This document shows, piece after piece, positions 34,572-43,236 of a DNA stretch of 43,596 bases. Each line of letters opens with the position of its first letter. Positions within the stretch are counted from its first letter, which is position 1. The stretch lies in sequence record PX871048.2; one strand, written 5' to 3'. A model generated the notes under the pieces. The model was given only the letters and a program-made list of their open reading frames with translations. It searched no databases and was not told the DNA's origin. The stretch comes from a phage. The translations under genes and the position numbers were made by a program.

Positions 34572-35621
34572 ATGGCAATTACCACTATCGGCGATATCGT
34601 AACTGGCAACATCCCGGTCCTGGCGTCTTACATGACCGAGGACCCGGTAGAAAAAACCGCGTTCTTCCAGTCTGGTATCCTTACCCCGACTCCGTACGCT
34701 GCCGAGATTGCTCGTGGCCCATCCAACGTCGCTAATATTCCTTTCTGGAAAGCGATTGATACCTCTATCGAGCCAAACTACTCGAACGACGTATATCAGG
34801 ACATCGCTACCCCGCGTAACGTGCAGACCGGCGAGATGATGGCGCGCGTTGCGTATCTGAACGAAGGTTTCGGTCAGGCAGACCTGACTGTAGAACTGAC
34901 CAGCCAGAACCCTCTGCAATCCGTGGCATCTCGTCTGGATAACTTCTGGCAGCGTCAGGCGCAACGCCGTCTGATTGCTACCGCGCTCGGTCTGTACAAC
35001 GACAACGTAGCTGCTACCGACGCATACCACGAGCAGAACGACATGGTAATCGACGTGTCTGCTACTCTGGGCTTCGACTCCGGCGCATTCATCGACGCTA
35101 CCCAGACTATGGGTGATGCGCTGATGGGCAACGGCGGCGAAGTGCTAGGTGCTATCGCGATGCACAGCTTCGTTTATGCGCAGGCTCGTAAGCAGCAGCT
35201 TATTGACTTCATCCGCGACGCCGACAACAACACCATGTTCGCCACCTACCAGGGCTACCGCGTGATTGTTGACGACAGCATGACCGTAGTCGGTACTGGC
35301 CCGGGCCGTAAGTTCATCTCCATCATCTTCGGCAACGGCGCTATCGGTTATGGTGAAGGCAGCCCGTCCAACCCGCTGGAATACGAACGTGAAGCGTCTC
35401 GCGGCAACGGCGGTGGTGTAGAAACCCTGTGGACCCGTAAGACCTGGTTGCTGCACCCACTGGGCTACAGCTTCACCAGCGCAGTAATCACTGGCAACGG
35501 CACCGAGACCGTCGCACGCTCCGCTTCCTGGCAGGACCTGGCGAACGCCTCCAACTGGAACCGTGTGGTTGAACGTAAGCATGTACCGATTGCCTTCCTG
35601 GTAACTGGTGTCGGGGCTTAA
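34572..35621 (+). CDS. major capsid protein
   Basis: 349 aa after scaffold, followed by strong hairpin; high-expression codon look. Confidence 0.7.
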   Translation: MAITTIGDIVTGNIPVLASYMTEDPVEKTAFFQSGILTPTPYAAEIARGPSNVANIPFWKAIDTSIEPNYSNDVYQDIATPRNVQTGEMMARVAYLNEGFGQADLTVELTSQNPLQSVASRLDNFWQRQAQRRLIATALGLYNDNVAATDAYHEQNDMVIDVSATLGFDSGAFIDATQTMGDALMGNGGEVLGAIAMHSFVYAQARKQQLIDFIRDADNNTMFATYQGYRVIVDDSMTVVGTGPGRKFISIIFGNGAIGYGEGSPSNPLEYEREASRGNGGGVETLWTRKTWLLHPLGYSFTSAVITGNGTETVARSASWQDLANASNWNRVVERKHVPIAFLVTGVGA

Positions 35622-35635
35622 GGTTAAGCTATAAT

Positions 35636-35660
35636 CGAGAGGGACTTCGGTCCCTCTTTT
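35636..35660 (+). terminator. hairpin terminator/attenuator (GAGAGGGAC-TTCG-GTCCCTCT plus T-run)
   Basis: after capsid gene. Confidence 0.6.
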
Positions 35661-35680
35661 CATTTACTAAGAGGTAAATT

Positions 35681-35980
35681 ATGGCCAAGACCGGAAAAGG
35701 CTTGCCGCGCAGCCTTCAGAATGTCGATTTCGGCGACTTTGATATCCCTGTCGCACCAGCTACTACCAGCGTAGTTGGTGGCGTTAAAAAGTCAGCTACT
35801 GTAGCCGCACCAGCGGCCATTACCGCTGGTGCGGGGGTGCAGTCCGCCGCCGCTCCGACTAAGGAAGAGTTCGATGCTCTTGTTGCGGAGTACAACAAAC
35901 TCCGAACCGATGTTACCGCGCTGCGCACTACCGTAGCAAATCTGTTGACTGCGCTTAAAAACGCTGGAACTGTAAGCTAA
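35681..35980 (+). CDS. hypothetical head-associated protein
   Basis: 99-aa Ala-rich ORF, RBS AAGAGG. Confidence 0.45.
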   Translation: MAKTGKGLPRSLQNVDFGDFDIPVAPATTSVVGGVKKSATVAAPAAITAGAGVQSAAAPTKEEFDALVAEYNKLRTDVTALRTTVANLLTALKNAGTVS

Positions 35981-35992
35981 AGGAGCTTAAAA

Positions 35993-36346
35993 ATGGTTGA
36001 TGTAATTAAACGCCGCATTACCGGTGTCTCCGACGACTCCCCTGCCGATGGTCAGGTAGAAATCGACATGGCGAATATCTCGCCAGCATCTTTTTCTACC
36101 GCGCTTGCGGCTACTACCGCGGTTACCGCACCTAACGCGTTAACCCTTACCGTTGCGGTAACTGGCGGTCTGGCTCCTTATTCCTACCAGTGGTATAAGA
36201 ATAACAACGCCATCGCAGGCGCTACCGAGGCTACGTACACCAAGGCCACTACTGTTGCTAATACCGACTCCGGCACGTATAAAGTGGTTGTTCACGATGT
36301 GTATGGTAATATTATCTCCAGCAGCACTGTAGCAACTGTGTCTTAA
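35993..36346 (+). CDS. Ig-like domain protein
   Basis: PYSYQWYKNNNAIAGATEATYT..DSGTYKVVVHD resembles Ig-like fold motifs. Confidence 0.5.
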   Translation: MVDVIKRRITGVSDDSPADGQVEIDMANISPASFSTALAATTAVTAPNALTLTVAVTGGLAPYSYQWYKNNNAIAGATEATYTKATTVANTDSGTYKVVVHDVYGNIISSSTVATVS

Positions 36347-36382
36347 TACAACGGCCCTTCGGGGCCGTAATAAGGAAAGGTC

Positions 36383-36562
36383 ATGGCAGATAATTATGTA
36401 ATCCGCGAAAAGTACACCCACGTTGACGTTGTTGACGGTCAGGTGATGCCTGTTCGCGGTGTTGTAGAAGCGGAAGAACTGGTTGCAACACAACCGGACA
36501 ACGAAGAAGCGCACAACAACGGCGGTGGTACTAAGCGTCGTCGCCGTAAGTCAGAGGAATAA
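36383..36562 (+). CDS. hypothetical protein (59 aa) with basic C-terminus
   Basis: RBS AAGGAAAGG; below cutoff. Confidence 0.35.
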   Translation: MADNYVIREKYTHVDVVDGQVMPVRGVVEAEELVATQPDNEEAHNNGGGTKRRRRKSEE

Positions 36563-36565
36563 TTT

Positions 36566-37078
36566 ATGCCGCTAATCGTGGAAACGGGGGCAATCGTCCC
36601 GAATGCTGATTCGTACATCTCACTAGCGGACGCCCGCGCGTTAGCGGCTAATTATGGCCTTGAGCTACCGGAAGACGATACCGCTGCGGAAGTAGCTTTG
36701 CGCAACGGCGCTACTTATGTCGGGCTTGCAGAACCTCAGATGTGTGGTCGCCGTGTGTCCGCCGAACAGTCTCTCGCATACCCTCGCACTGGCGTGACGT
36801 TGAATGGGTTCCCTGTAGCTAACAACGCCATTCCAAAACAGGTGATTCTTGCGCAGGTAATCGCTGCCGCTACGTATGGCGCGGGGACTGAGGTACGGGC
36901 TAACTCAGACGGGCGCTCCGTGCAGACTGAGCGTGTCGAGGGCGCGGTAACAGTGACCTACTTCAACAACGGCAGCAGTGGTGCTACGACCGCGATTACC
37001 GCTGCTGACGACGCCTTACGCCCGTTACTGTGTGGCGGTCTTAACAATGGCTTCTCGTTTAACGTGTACCGGGGTTAA
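36566..37078 (+). CDS. head-tail connector (gp6-like adaptor)
   Basis: N-terminal YISLADARALA resembles head-tail connector proteins; synteny. Confidence 0.45.
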   Translation: MPLIVETGAIVPNADSYISLADARALAANYGLELPEDDTAAEVALRNGATYVGLAEPQMCGRRVSAEQSLAYPRTGVTLNGFPVANNAIPKQVILAQVIAAATYGAGTEVRANSDGRSVQTERVEGAVTVTYFNNGSSGATTAITAADDALRPLLCGGLNNGFSFNVYRG

Positions 37079-37080
37079 AA

Positions 37081-37695
37081 ATGGCGAAGACTAAAACAGA
37101 GATATTTACGCTAATCGGATCCGAGCTACCCGACAACACAACCGGGCTTATCACGCCAGCGAAGTTACGCGGGGTGCTAACACAGATGGCGGACTCGCCT
37201 ATTTACGCCACTCCCGGTGTTAAAGAGGTTGAGGTACTACGCGCGGCATCTACTGTCGTCCAGGCCCCGTCCGCGGTTGATACCGCGTTGCAACTAACCT
37301 TCGGTGCCGCGCAAGGTAGCACCGCTGACCCGGTTATGATTAACGCGGTGGGTCTGGTAACTTTCAATACCGCGGGCAACTATGCCGTTCGCATTAAGCT
37401 ACAGGCCGGGAGAACAGGGGCTAGTGGCACGTCTATTTTGTTATCGCGCATTCTGGTAAACGGCTCGCAATACGGCTCACCGGCAGCTACGAAACTGGTT
37501 AGCGCGGAAACCACCATCCCTATTGAATCCCGAGTGGTGATTAACCCAACAGCGGGGCAAACATTTGCCGTTCAGATTATGCGTGACAGCGCCGGGACGA
37601 ACTTCGGCGGCGTATACCCGCAGGCCGCAACCGTAACCGCGTGGGGTACAGCGCCTTCAGCATTACTGGTTATCTCGAGACTGGAGGCCGCGTAA
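37081..37695 (+). CDS. structural protein (head-tail joining region)
   Basis: 204 aa, synteny. Confidence 0.45.
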   Translation: MAKTKTEIFTLIGSELPDNTTGLITPAKLRGVLTQMADSPIYATPGVKEVEVLRAASTVVQAPSAVDTALQLTFGAAQGSTADPVMINAVGLVTFNTAGNYAVRIKLQAGRTGASGTSILLSRILVNGSQYGSPAATKLVSAETTIPIESRVVINPTAGQTFAVQIMRDSAGTNFGGVYPQAATVTAWGTAPSALLVISRLEAA

Positions 37696-38054
37696 TGAGC
37701 ACCGCCTTTAGTAAACGTATGCAGGGCGTGGGTACACGACTACTAACCAAATTCGGCAGCACGGTATCTCTGGTTCGCGCTGGCTCGAAAGTGTGGGATG
37801 AAGTTCTCGGCGAATACATCTGGACCGCAGATGAGGTGCTGCCGTTGAAAGCAGTACCTGTTCCGGTTAACGCGGGCTTGGTTAACGGTACGACGATTCA
37901 GGCCGGAGACATGATTGTTAAAGCGGATTACAGTGTAGTTCCTAAGATGGAAGACAAGGTGCAATTCGGCGGTGAGCAGTGGTCGGTAGTAGCCATCGAG
38001 AAGAAGATGGTTAACGATGACGTTGTGGCTTACTTTATTCAGGTGAGAAAATGA
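37695..38054 (+). CDS. head closure / neck protein
   Basis: TAATG overlap; RBS GGAGG; 119 aa. Confidence 0.45.
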   Translation: MSTAFSKRMQGVGTRLLTKFGSTVSLVRAGSKVWDEVLGEYIWTADEVLPLKAVPVPVNAGLVNGTTIQAGDMIVKADYSVVPKMEDKVQFGGEQWSVVAIEKKMVNDDVVAYFIQVRK

Positions 38055-38446
38055 GTTTCGCGCTTGATGTATCTAAGTTCGTCGAGAAGGCGAAGAAGAA
38101 TCCCGAGAAGGTGATGCGTCAGGTGTCTATCAAACTGTTTTCCGCTATTATAAAGGCGAGTCCGGTGGACACTGGGCGTTTTCGTATGAACTGGATGGCA
38201 TCTGGCGGAACTCCGGCTTCTGGAACTACAGATGCTACCGACAAGTCCGGCAACACTGCAACCGGGAATGTCACAAATTTCGTACTGAAAGCCGCAGACT
38301 GGAAGGAGTTCACGCTGACCAATAACCTGCCGTATGCGCAACGGCTGGAGTACGGTTGGTCACAACAGGCCCCAGCCGGGATGGTCAGGACTAACGTGTC
38401 TCGCTTCCAGCAACTAATTAACGAAGAAGCCAACAAGGTGAAATGA
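38051..38446 (+). CDS. tail completion / neck protein
   Basis: 131 aa, synteny. Confidence 0.45.
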   Translation: MSFALDVSKFVEKAKKNPEKVMRQVSIKLFSAIIKASPVDTGRFRMNWMASGGTPASGTTDATDKSGNTATGNVTNFVLKAADWKEFTLTNNLPYAQRLEYGWSQQAPAGMVRTNVSRFQQLINEEANKVK

Positions 38447-38859
38447 TGGGCTACTTTGAGGACTTAACAAAAGCGTTTGACGTGCCGCTGGTATCGTTCG
38501 GAACCGCCAACGGCATCAAGGTTGCGCTTGAAAACATCGACGCGCCAACGTCAACCAATACCCCGTATCTGGCAAGTTACATGTTGCTCGCTGATACGGA
38601 GCAGGCGGATTTGTTCTTCACGGAACAACGCTCAGGTGTTTATCAGGTCGACATTAACTACGCATCGGTGAAAGGTAGCGCGCCAATCAATAAAATGGCA
38701 GACTTACTTAACACGGCATTCAAAGCAGGTAAGTCATTTTCACGTAACGACATCTGCGCCGAGGTTCAATCGGTTAGCCTGGGGCCACTGATTGTAGAAA
38801 ACGGATGGGCCAAACGACCATTGTCAATTAACTTTATTGCATTCACCAAGAGGCTGTGA
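38443..38859 (+). CDS. tail terminator-like protein
   Basis: 138 aa immediately before major tail gene. Confidence 0.4.
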   Translation: MMGYFEDLTKAFDVPLVSFGTANGIKVALENIDAPTSTNTPYLASYMLLADTEQADLFFTEQRSGVYQVDINYASVKGSAPINKMADLLNTAFKAGKSFSRNDICAEVQSVSLGPLIVENGWAKRPLSINFIAFTKRL

Positions 38860-40028
38860 ATATGGCTACAACTCCTTTTAAGGGCGCGAATACCGCGCAA
38901 TTCTATGTGGCGGAAGTGACCCCGGGCGTAACACCAAGTAACCCGGTATGGTCGCCGTTGCGCAACACTGGCGGCGTTCCTGCGGTAACCCGCGATGCGC
39001 TGACCTCCAACGAACTGGACGGCAGCCGTGAAACTACGTCCATCCGCACTGGTAACAAGCAGGTCAGCGGAGAGTATGCCATTGAGCTTAGCTCCCGTAG
39101 TCAGGATGATTTCCTCGCTGGTGCGATGACATCTACGTGGCAGGATGGGGTAGAGATTACGGGTGCAGAAATTACGGTCGCCCCCGTAGGTAAAACATTC
39201 ACCCGCGCCGCTGGTAGCTTCATTACCGACGGTGTAGAAGTTGGCGACCTGATTGCGTTCACCGACTTAACCGGCGACAACGCAAAACCGTTTATCGTGA
39301 CCGCGGTTTCTGCTCTTGTAGTTACGGGCGCGGGCATTCAGCACACGCTGACAGCAGAGACTGTAACCACCGACGCTAAAACCGGCGACAAACTGGAAAC
39401 CGGTAACGCATGTAAGACGTTCTCCATCCTGACATGGTTCAAAGGACAGTGCGGGAACCCTGACGCGTACATGTTGACCAAAGGCGTGGAAATCTCCGGT
39501 TTCACCATTGAACAGGCCGTAAACGCGATGGTGACAGGCAGCTTCCCGTTCATCGGTCTGAGTCAGGAAATTCTTTCCACACCGCCAGCAGGTTCTGATT
39601 TCTCTCAGGTGACGTTTACTGATGAGCCGTTCTCCTCTGTAGATGTGTCTGTGTTCGACGGTTCTACGCCGTTGCGTTGCGATACTCTGACCATCACCAA
39701 CGACAACGGCGCATCTGCTCAGTTCGAACTCGGCAACAGCAGCGTTGCGTTCGTGGAACGAGGTCGCGCGGCTAACACCTTCTCCATCTCCGGCAAGCTG
39801 TACGACATGGCGATGATTCAGAAGTTTATCAACGAACAGCAGGTAGAGATTAACTCTATTCTGGCGGGGGTAAACGGTGCTATGTCTTTCAGTTTGAAAC
39901 GTGCCGAACTTACGGCGGTCACACCAGAAATATCTGGCCCGGAATCAATTACCCAAAGTATAGAAGGGCAGTCCACAGGCAATCAGTACCAGTCGTCTAT
40001 TGTTATCCAGCGTATCACCTACGCATAA
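38856..40028 (+). CDS. major tail (tube) protein
   Basis: 390 aa, last gene before strong terminator. Confidence 0.55.
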   Translation: MNMATTPFKGANTAQFYVAEVTPGVTPSNPVWSPLRNTGGVPAVTRDALTSNELDGSRETTSIRTGNKQVSGEYAIELSSRSQDDFLAGAMTSTWQDGVEITGAEITVAPVGKTFTRAAGSFITDGVEVGDLIAFTDLTGDNAKPFIVTAVSALVVTGAGIQHTLTAETVTTDAKTGDKLETGNACKTFSILTWFKGQCGNPDAYMLTKGVEISGFTIEQAVNAMVTGSFPFIGLSQEILSTPPAGSDFSQVTFTDEPFSSVDVSVFDGSTPLRCDTLTITNDNGASAQFELGNSSVAFVERGRAANTFSISGKLYDMAMIQKFINEQQVEINSILAGVNGAMSFSLKRAELTAVTPEISGPESITQSIEGQSTGNQYQSSIVIQRITYA

Positions 40029-40032
40029 AACT

Positions 40033-40056
40033 AAGGCCCCGAAAGGGGCCTTTTTC
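40033..40056. terminator. bidirectional terminator (AAGGCCCC-GAAA-GGGGCCTT plus T-run)
   Basis: ends + late operon and minus accessory island. Confidence 0.75.
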
Positions 40057-40263
40057 TCACTCACTTTTGAATGGCATTTCGTAGAAGTTAGTTAACTGAC
40101 CTCTGTCACTCCGTTCTGTCATCTCTTTTGTCGCCTCTTCCTTGCTACCTACGGCGTAAATATCAACCCACTCATCCCATTCTTCGTCATATACGCGGAT
40201 AACGTATATTGCCCCCATTGTGCCTTCACGCATTTGGGTAAATCCCCAGGATTCTATTGGCAA
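40057..40263 (-). CDS. hypothetical acidic protein (start uncertain)
   Basis: 68-aa ORF, last gene of minus island. Confidence 0.4.
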   Translation of the reverse strand: MPIESWGFTQMREGTMGAIYVIRVYDEEWDEWVDIYAVGSKEEATKEMTERSDRGQLTNFYEMPFKSE

Positions 40264-40795
40264 CCGTGGCCGCGGTTAATGTAATCTCACCAGGAATGAT
40301 GGCGACGTCATGGCATACTACCCCATCAATATCGTACAGGTAGCCACGGCTATCCCCGTCAAACGTGTAGCCGTCTCGGTGCAAGCGGACGATTCGCACG
40401 TCATGCCCAGCGGCGACGATAGGGGCAACTTCACTGGCAAACCCACCGTCGGACACCACAAAAACTTCGTCGCCGTCAGGCAAGTTTTCAGCGAGATACT
40501 TACCGAAATAATCATTGCCAAGTACAGGCTTAATGAATTGCTCCGAGATAGCAATCATGAACTGACGTCGCGACAACCCATTAAGGAAACATTCTGGCTT
40601 TTCTTTCCGTGCCCGGTCGTCGTAGCCGTCGAGAAATTCGTGGTAAGCATCCGGGCCTAACGCTGCCCGAGCAATATTGAACATTGGATTCTTGAAACTG
40701 GTAGTTCCTTTCGCAAAGCCCATTTCTACCATCGCCATAGCAAGCGTGTCTTTCCCGCAACCCGCAGGGCCATTAAGGATAATTACCTTAGCCAT
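40226..40795 (-). CDS. P-loop nucleotide kinase, dNMP kinase-like
   Basis: Walker A LNGPAGCGKDT and VSDGGFASE..VRIVRLHRDG resemble T4 gene 1-type dNMP kinase; from memory. Confidence 0.55.
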   Translation of the reverse strand: MAKVIILNGPAGCGKDTLAMAMVEMGFAKGTTSFKNPMFNIARAALGPDAYHEFLDGYDDRARKEKPECFLNGLSRRQFMIAISEQFIKPVLGNDYFGKYLAENLPDGDEVFVVSDGGFASEVAPIVAAGHDVRIVRLHRDGYTFDGDSRGYLYDIDGVVCHDVAIIPGEITLTAATVANRILGIYPNA

Positions 40796-41280
40796 TATTT
40801 ATTGCTCCCGTGTGATTTTAAGTGTGTAGAGTTCCCGTTACAGTCGTATTCAGTAACCGCGTGCGTAGTGACTCCTAAGCCGCGGAAATGCTTAATCACC
40901 GCGGGCGAGTCGTCGAATGCGCACAATATTCTCTCCAGCCCGATAGCACGCAACACCTCTTCTTTAATTACGATGTCTTTTCTGTTGTCGTGTTTGCTGC
41001 GCATGATTAGCTGATAAAATTCGACGCGGTGGCGCTGCAGCCACATTCTGGTTTCTTTTTCTGCATCATCACTGCGGCCCGTTAAAATAATAACGGCATA
41101 GCGACGATTAAGGGCGTTACACAGTTCGATGTTATCTTTAATGGGCGCGTCATCTTTGCAGGCCATGTTAAAAGGCTTCCACGCCCATGTTTCGTTGTAG
41201 TTATCTTTCGGTAGCAGGTGTAAACGATGAGTACCGTCCGCCAATGTCCCGTCTAAATCGAAAATCACAATATCTTTCAT
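40795..41280 (-). CDS. HAD-superfamily phosphatase
   Basis: N-terminal FDLDGTL motif plus downstream ILTGR and FDD motifs. Confidence 0.6.
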   Translation of the reverse strand: MKDIVIFDLDGTLADGTHRLHLLPKDNYNETWAWKPFNMACKDDAPIKDNIELCNALNRRYAVIILTGRSDDAEKETRMWLQRHRVEFYQLIMRSKHDNRKDIVIKEEVLRAIGLERILCAFDDSPAVIKHFRGLGVTTHAVTEYDCNGNSTHLKSHGSNK

Positions 41281-42407
41281 CCCAGCATCTCCGGTGAAAT
41301 AGTTAAACGTGCAACCTCACCATATTCGGCGCTATAAGTAATTACATTTGCACTGCGCCCTGACATCCAACCGCCGCGTGAGGCATAGGCGTCTTTAGCC
41401 GCTAAGGTTCGGTGTTGCTCAACAATCATGTTACGGCTTTCTACAATCTTCTGATGGTGCAGGTGGCCTACGTGGGCGTAGCTGTAAACACTCTCTCCGA
41501 ACGCTTTGCGGAACTTAGCAATCATTACCGGTTCGATAGCGTCGAATCGTGCTTTATGCCCGTGATGGAAGAACAGCGTCGTTTTGCCGTGTTGCACCAT
41601 CTTGTAAACATCCGGCGACGTATCGACGAACACACGAGGCTCATTGTCGTACAGCGTGCTGAACATCTCAGCCAGCCAAATCATTCCGCTTTCGTCGTGG
41701 TTCCCTTGCACGATAAGCAAGCGAACATTTTTATGCTTAACGAGTGCCATATCAACAACACGGCGGACCATACGAATCATGTAGCGGACCAGTTTCTGAT
41801 AGCGCGTGTCCGCGTCAAGAACATGACCACTCGCTGGCGTAACCGCATCCAGGCTATCGAAGTGTGCAAGGTCACCTAGCAGATTAATAACACCCGTTCC
41901 TGCATCCGGCGCTTTCTGAAACGCAGCATCGAACCAGCGAGAGAACAGGTCTTCCGCAATCTTCATATCCCAGTCGTCGCCGCTCTCGTCGGCCCAGGCC
42001 AGCATACCGAGATGGAAATCAGACACAGTGTAAAGGTTGAGTAGTTTATCGTCGCGTTTAGCGCGGGCGGCTTTAACAGGCGCAACTGGCGTAATCTCTG
42101 ACTTCATGCCTTCGATTACGGCTTTCATCAACTCGACCTGACGTTCGGCGTCAGTGTCTGTCTTAACCCATTGCAACTTAGTGTTGCCGGACTCATCCAC
42201 CAGGGACGACGTCCCTTTAATCTTGTAGCCGTCAGGAACAAGGTGACTAACGTCACGCCCGTGACCCACGCCTTTCTTGGCCAGCTTCGCTTTACGGATA
42301 CGAATAACGCGGTCTGAGATGCCGTATTTACGGGCAATGTCGATATTCTTCATCCCGGCGTTCAATTCTTCCTGTAACTGTTCGTCGGTTATTTTCTTCC
42401 GGGCCAT
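41277..42407 (-). CDS. calcineurin-like metallophosphoesterase with N-terminal HTH
   Basis: DFHLG, GDLAHFD, GNHD, HHGH, GHLHH motifs; N-terminus IDIARKYGISDRVIRIRK. Confidence 0.6.
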   Translation of the reverse strand: MARKKITDEQLQEELNAGMKNIDIARKYGISDRVIRIRKAKLAKKGVGHGRDVSHLVPDGYKIKGTSSLVDESGNTKLQWVKTDTDAERQVELMKAVIEGMKSEITPVAPVKAARAKRDDKLLNLYTVSDFHLGMLAWADESGDDWDMKIAEDLFSRWFDAAFQKAPDAGTGVINLLGDLAHFDSLDAVTPASGHVLDADTRYQKLVRYMIRMVRRVVDMALVKHKNVRLLIVQGNHDESGMIWLAEMFSTLYDNEPRVFVDTSPDVYKMVQHGKTTLFFHHGHKARFDAIEPVMIAKFRKAFGESVYSYAHVGHLHHQKIVESRNMIVEQHRTLAAKDAYASRGGWMSGRSANVITYSAEYGEVARLTISPEMLG

Positions 42408-42445
42408 GCTTATGTCCTCATGTGTAGGATTTGTCCTATACTAGC

Positions 42446-42637
42446 TTACTTCTCGTTAACATTCGAGTTGCAAGCCCAGATTAAAATAAAGACCCACGGC
42501 AGCAGAGCCCAGCCAAGAAACAGGTTAGCCATGAATATTGCCAACTTCGCTTTATGGCCACGCATATGGGCTACTAAAAACGGGATAAAATAAACTAAAA
42601 CGATAATGATTAAGAAGAACATAGTAATGCCAGTCAT
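42446..42637 (-). CDS. superinfection-immunity-like small membrane protein
   Basis: YFIPFLVAHMRGHKAKLAIFMANLFLGWALLPW matches the conserved pattern of Imm-type proteins; RBS CAGGAG; own promoter. Confidence 0.55.
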   Translation of the reverse strand: MTGITMFFLIIIVLVYFIPFLVAHMRGHKAKLAIFMANLFLGWALLPWVFILIWACNSNVNEK

Positions 42638-42675
42638 GGTGTAGCTCCTGTTTGAGTTAACATTGTTGGTGTAAG

Positions 42676-42707
42676 TGAATAGTATCCTATTATGTTGGGG
42701 TGTGCAA
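42676..42707 (-). promoter_or_regulatory. sigma70-type promoter, class I (TTGCAC-17-TACTAT), identical 33-mer to promoter at 21067
   Basis: minus-strand reading TTGCACACCCCAACATAATAGGATACTATTCAC. Confidence 0.65.
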
Positions 42708-42814
42708 GTAATGTGTTAGAATTATTTTGCGCCTAGTGTCGCACACGAAAAGCGGGTGGTTCCCGTCTGGCGCATTCACATTAACCAGTAACCTCTTAAC
42801 CAAAGGATTAAAGA

Positions 42815-43231
42815 ATGAAACTTTCTGATTTTTATTACGAAGCTGAGGCAGAAAAAGGCGCCCGTATGCCGATCCCACTGAAAGACGGCACCGATTCAGG
42901 GGAGTGGCTGAACGTTGTTTCACCGGAGGCAGACGTTGCCGTTAAAGCTATGAGGGCGTTTACACTTGCGTACCGCGCGGCATTAGGTAAATTGAAACCG
43001 CTTCGTGATAAATGCGAGGAACTGAAAGATTTCTCGGAATACAATATCAAGATGGAAGACGCCGCAACGGACCTTAACCGCCAGTTAGCGCTTGAACTGG
43101 TTAACGGTTGGAGTCTCGACGATGAATTTAATAAAGAGAACCTGAATACTCTTTTCTCACAATATAAACGACTCGCTGAACACGTTGTTGTTTTCCACAA
43201 TGAACAGCTACGCCAATTGCAGGAAAAGTAG
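42815..43231 (+). CDS. tail assembly chaperone (G-like)
   Basis: 138 aa directly upstream of tape measure gene across the window junction; RBS AAAGGA. Confidence 0.45.
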   Translation: MKLSDFYYEAEAEKGARMPIPLKDGTDSGEWLNVVSPEADVAVKAMRAFTLAYRAALGKLKPLRDKCEELKDFSEYNIKMEDAATDLNRQLALELVNGWSLDDEFNKENLNTLFSQYKRLAEHVVVFHNEQLRQLQEK

Positions 43232-43236
43232 ACGCG

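Noticed and set aside
34008-35030. 340-aa minus-strand ORF antisense to scaffold and major capsid genes
   Set aside because: Ser/Arg-rich low-complexity product, overlaps two syntenic structural genes with strong RBS and terminator context on the plus strand.
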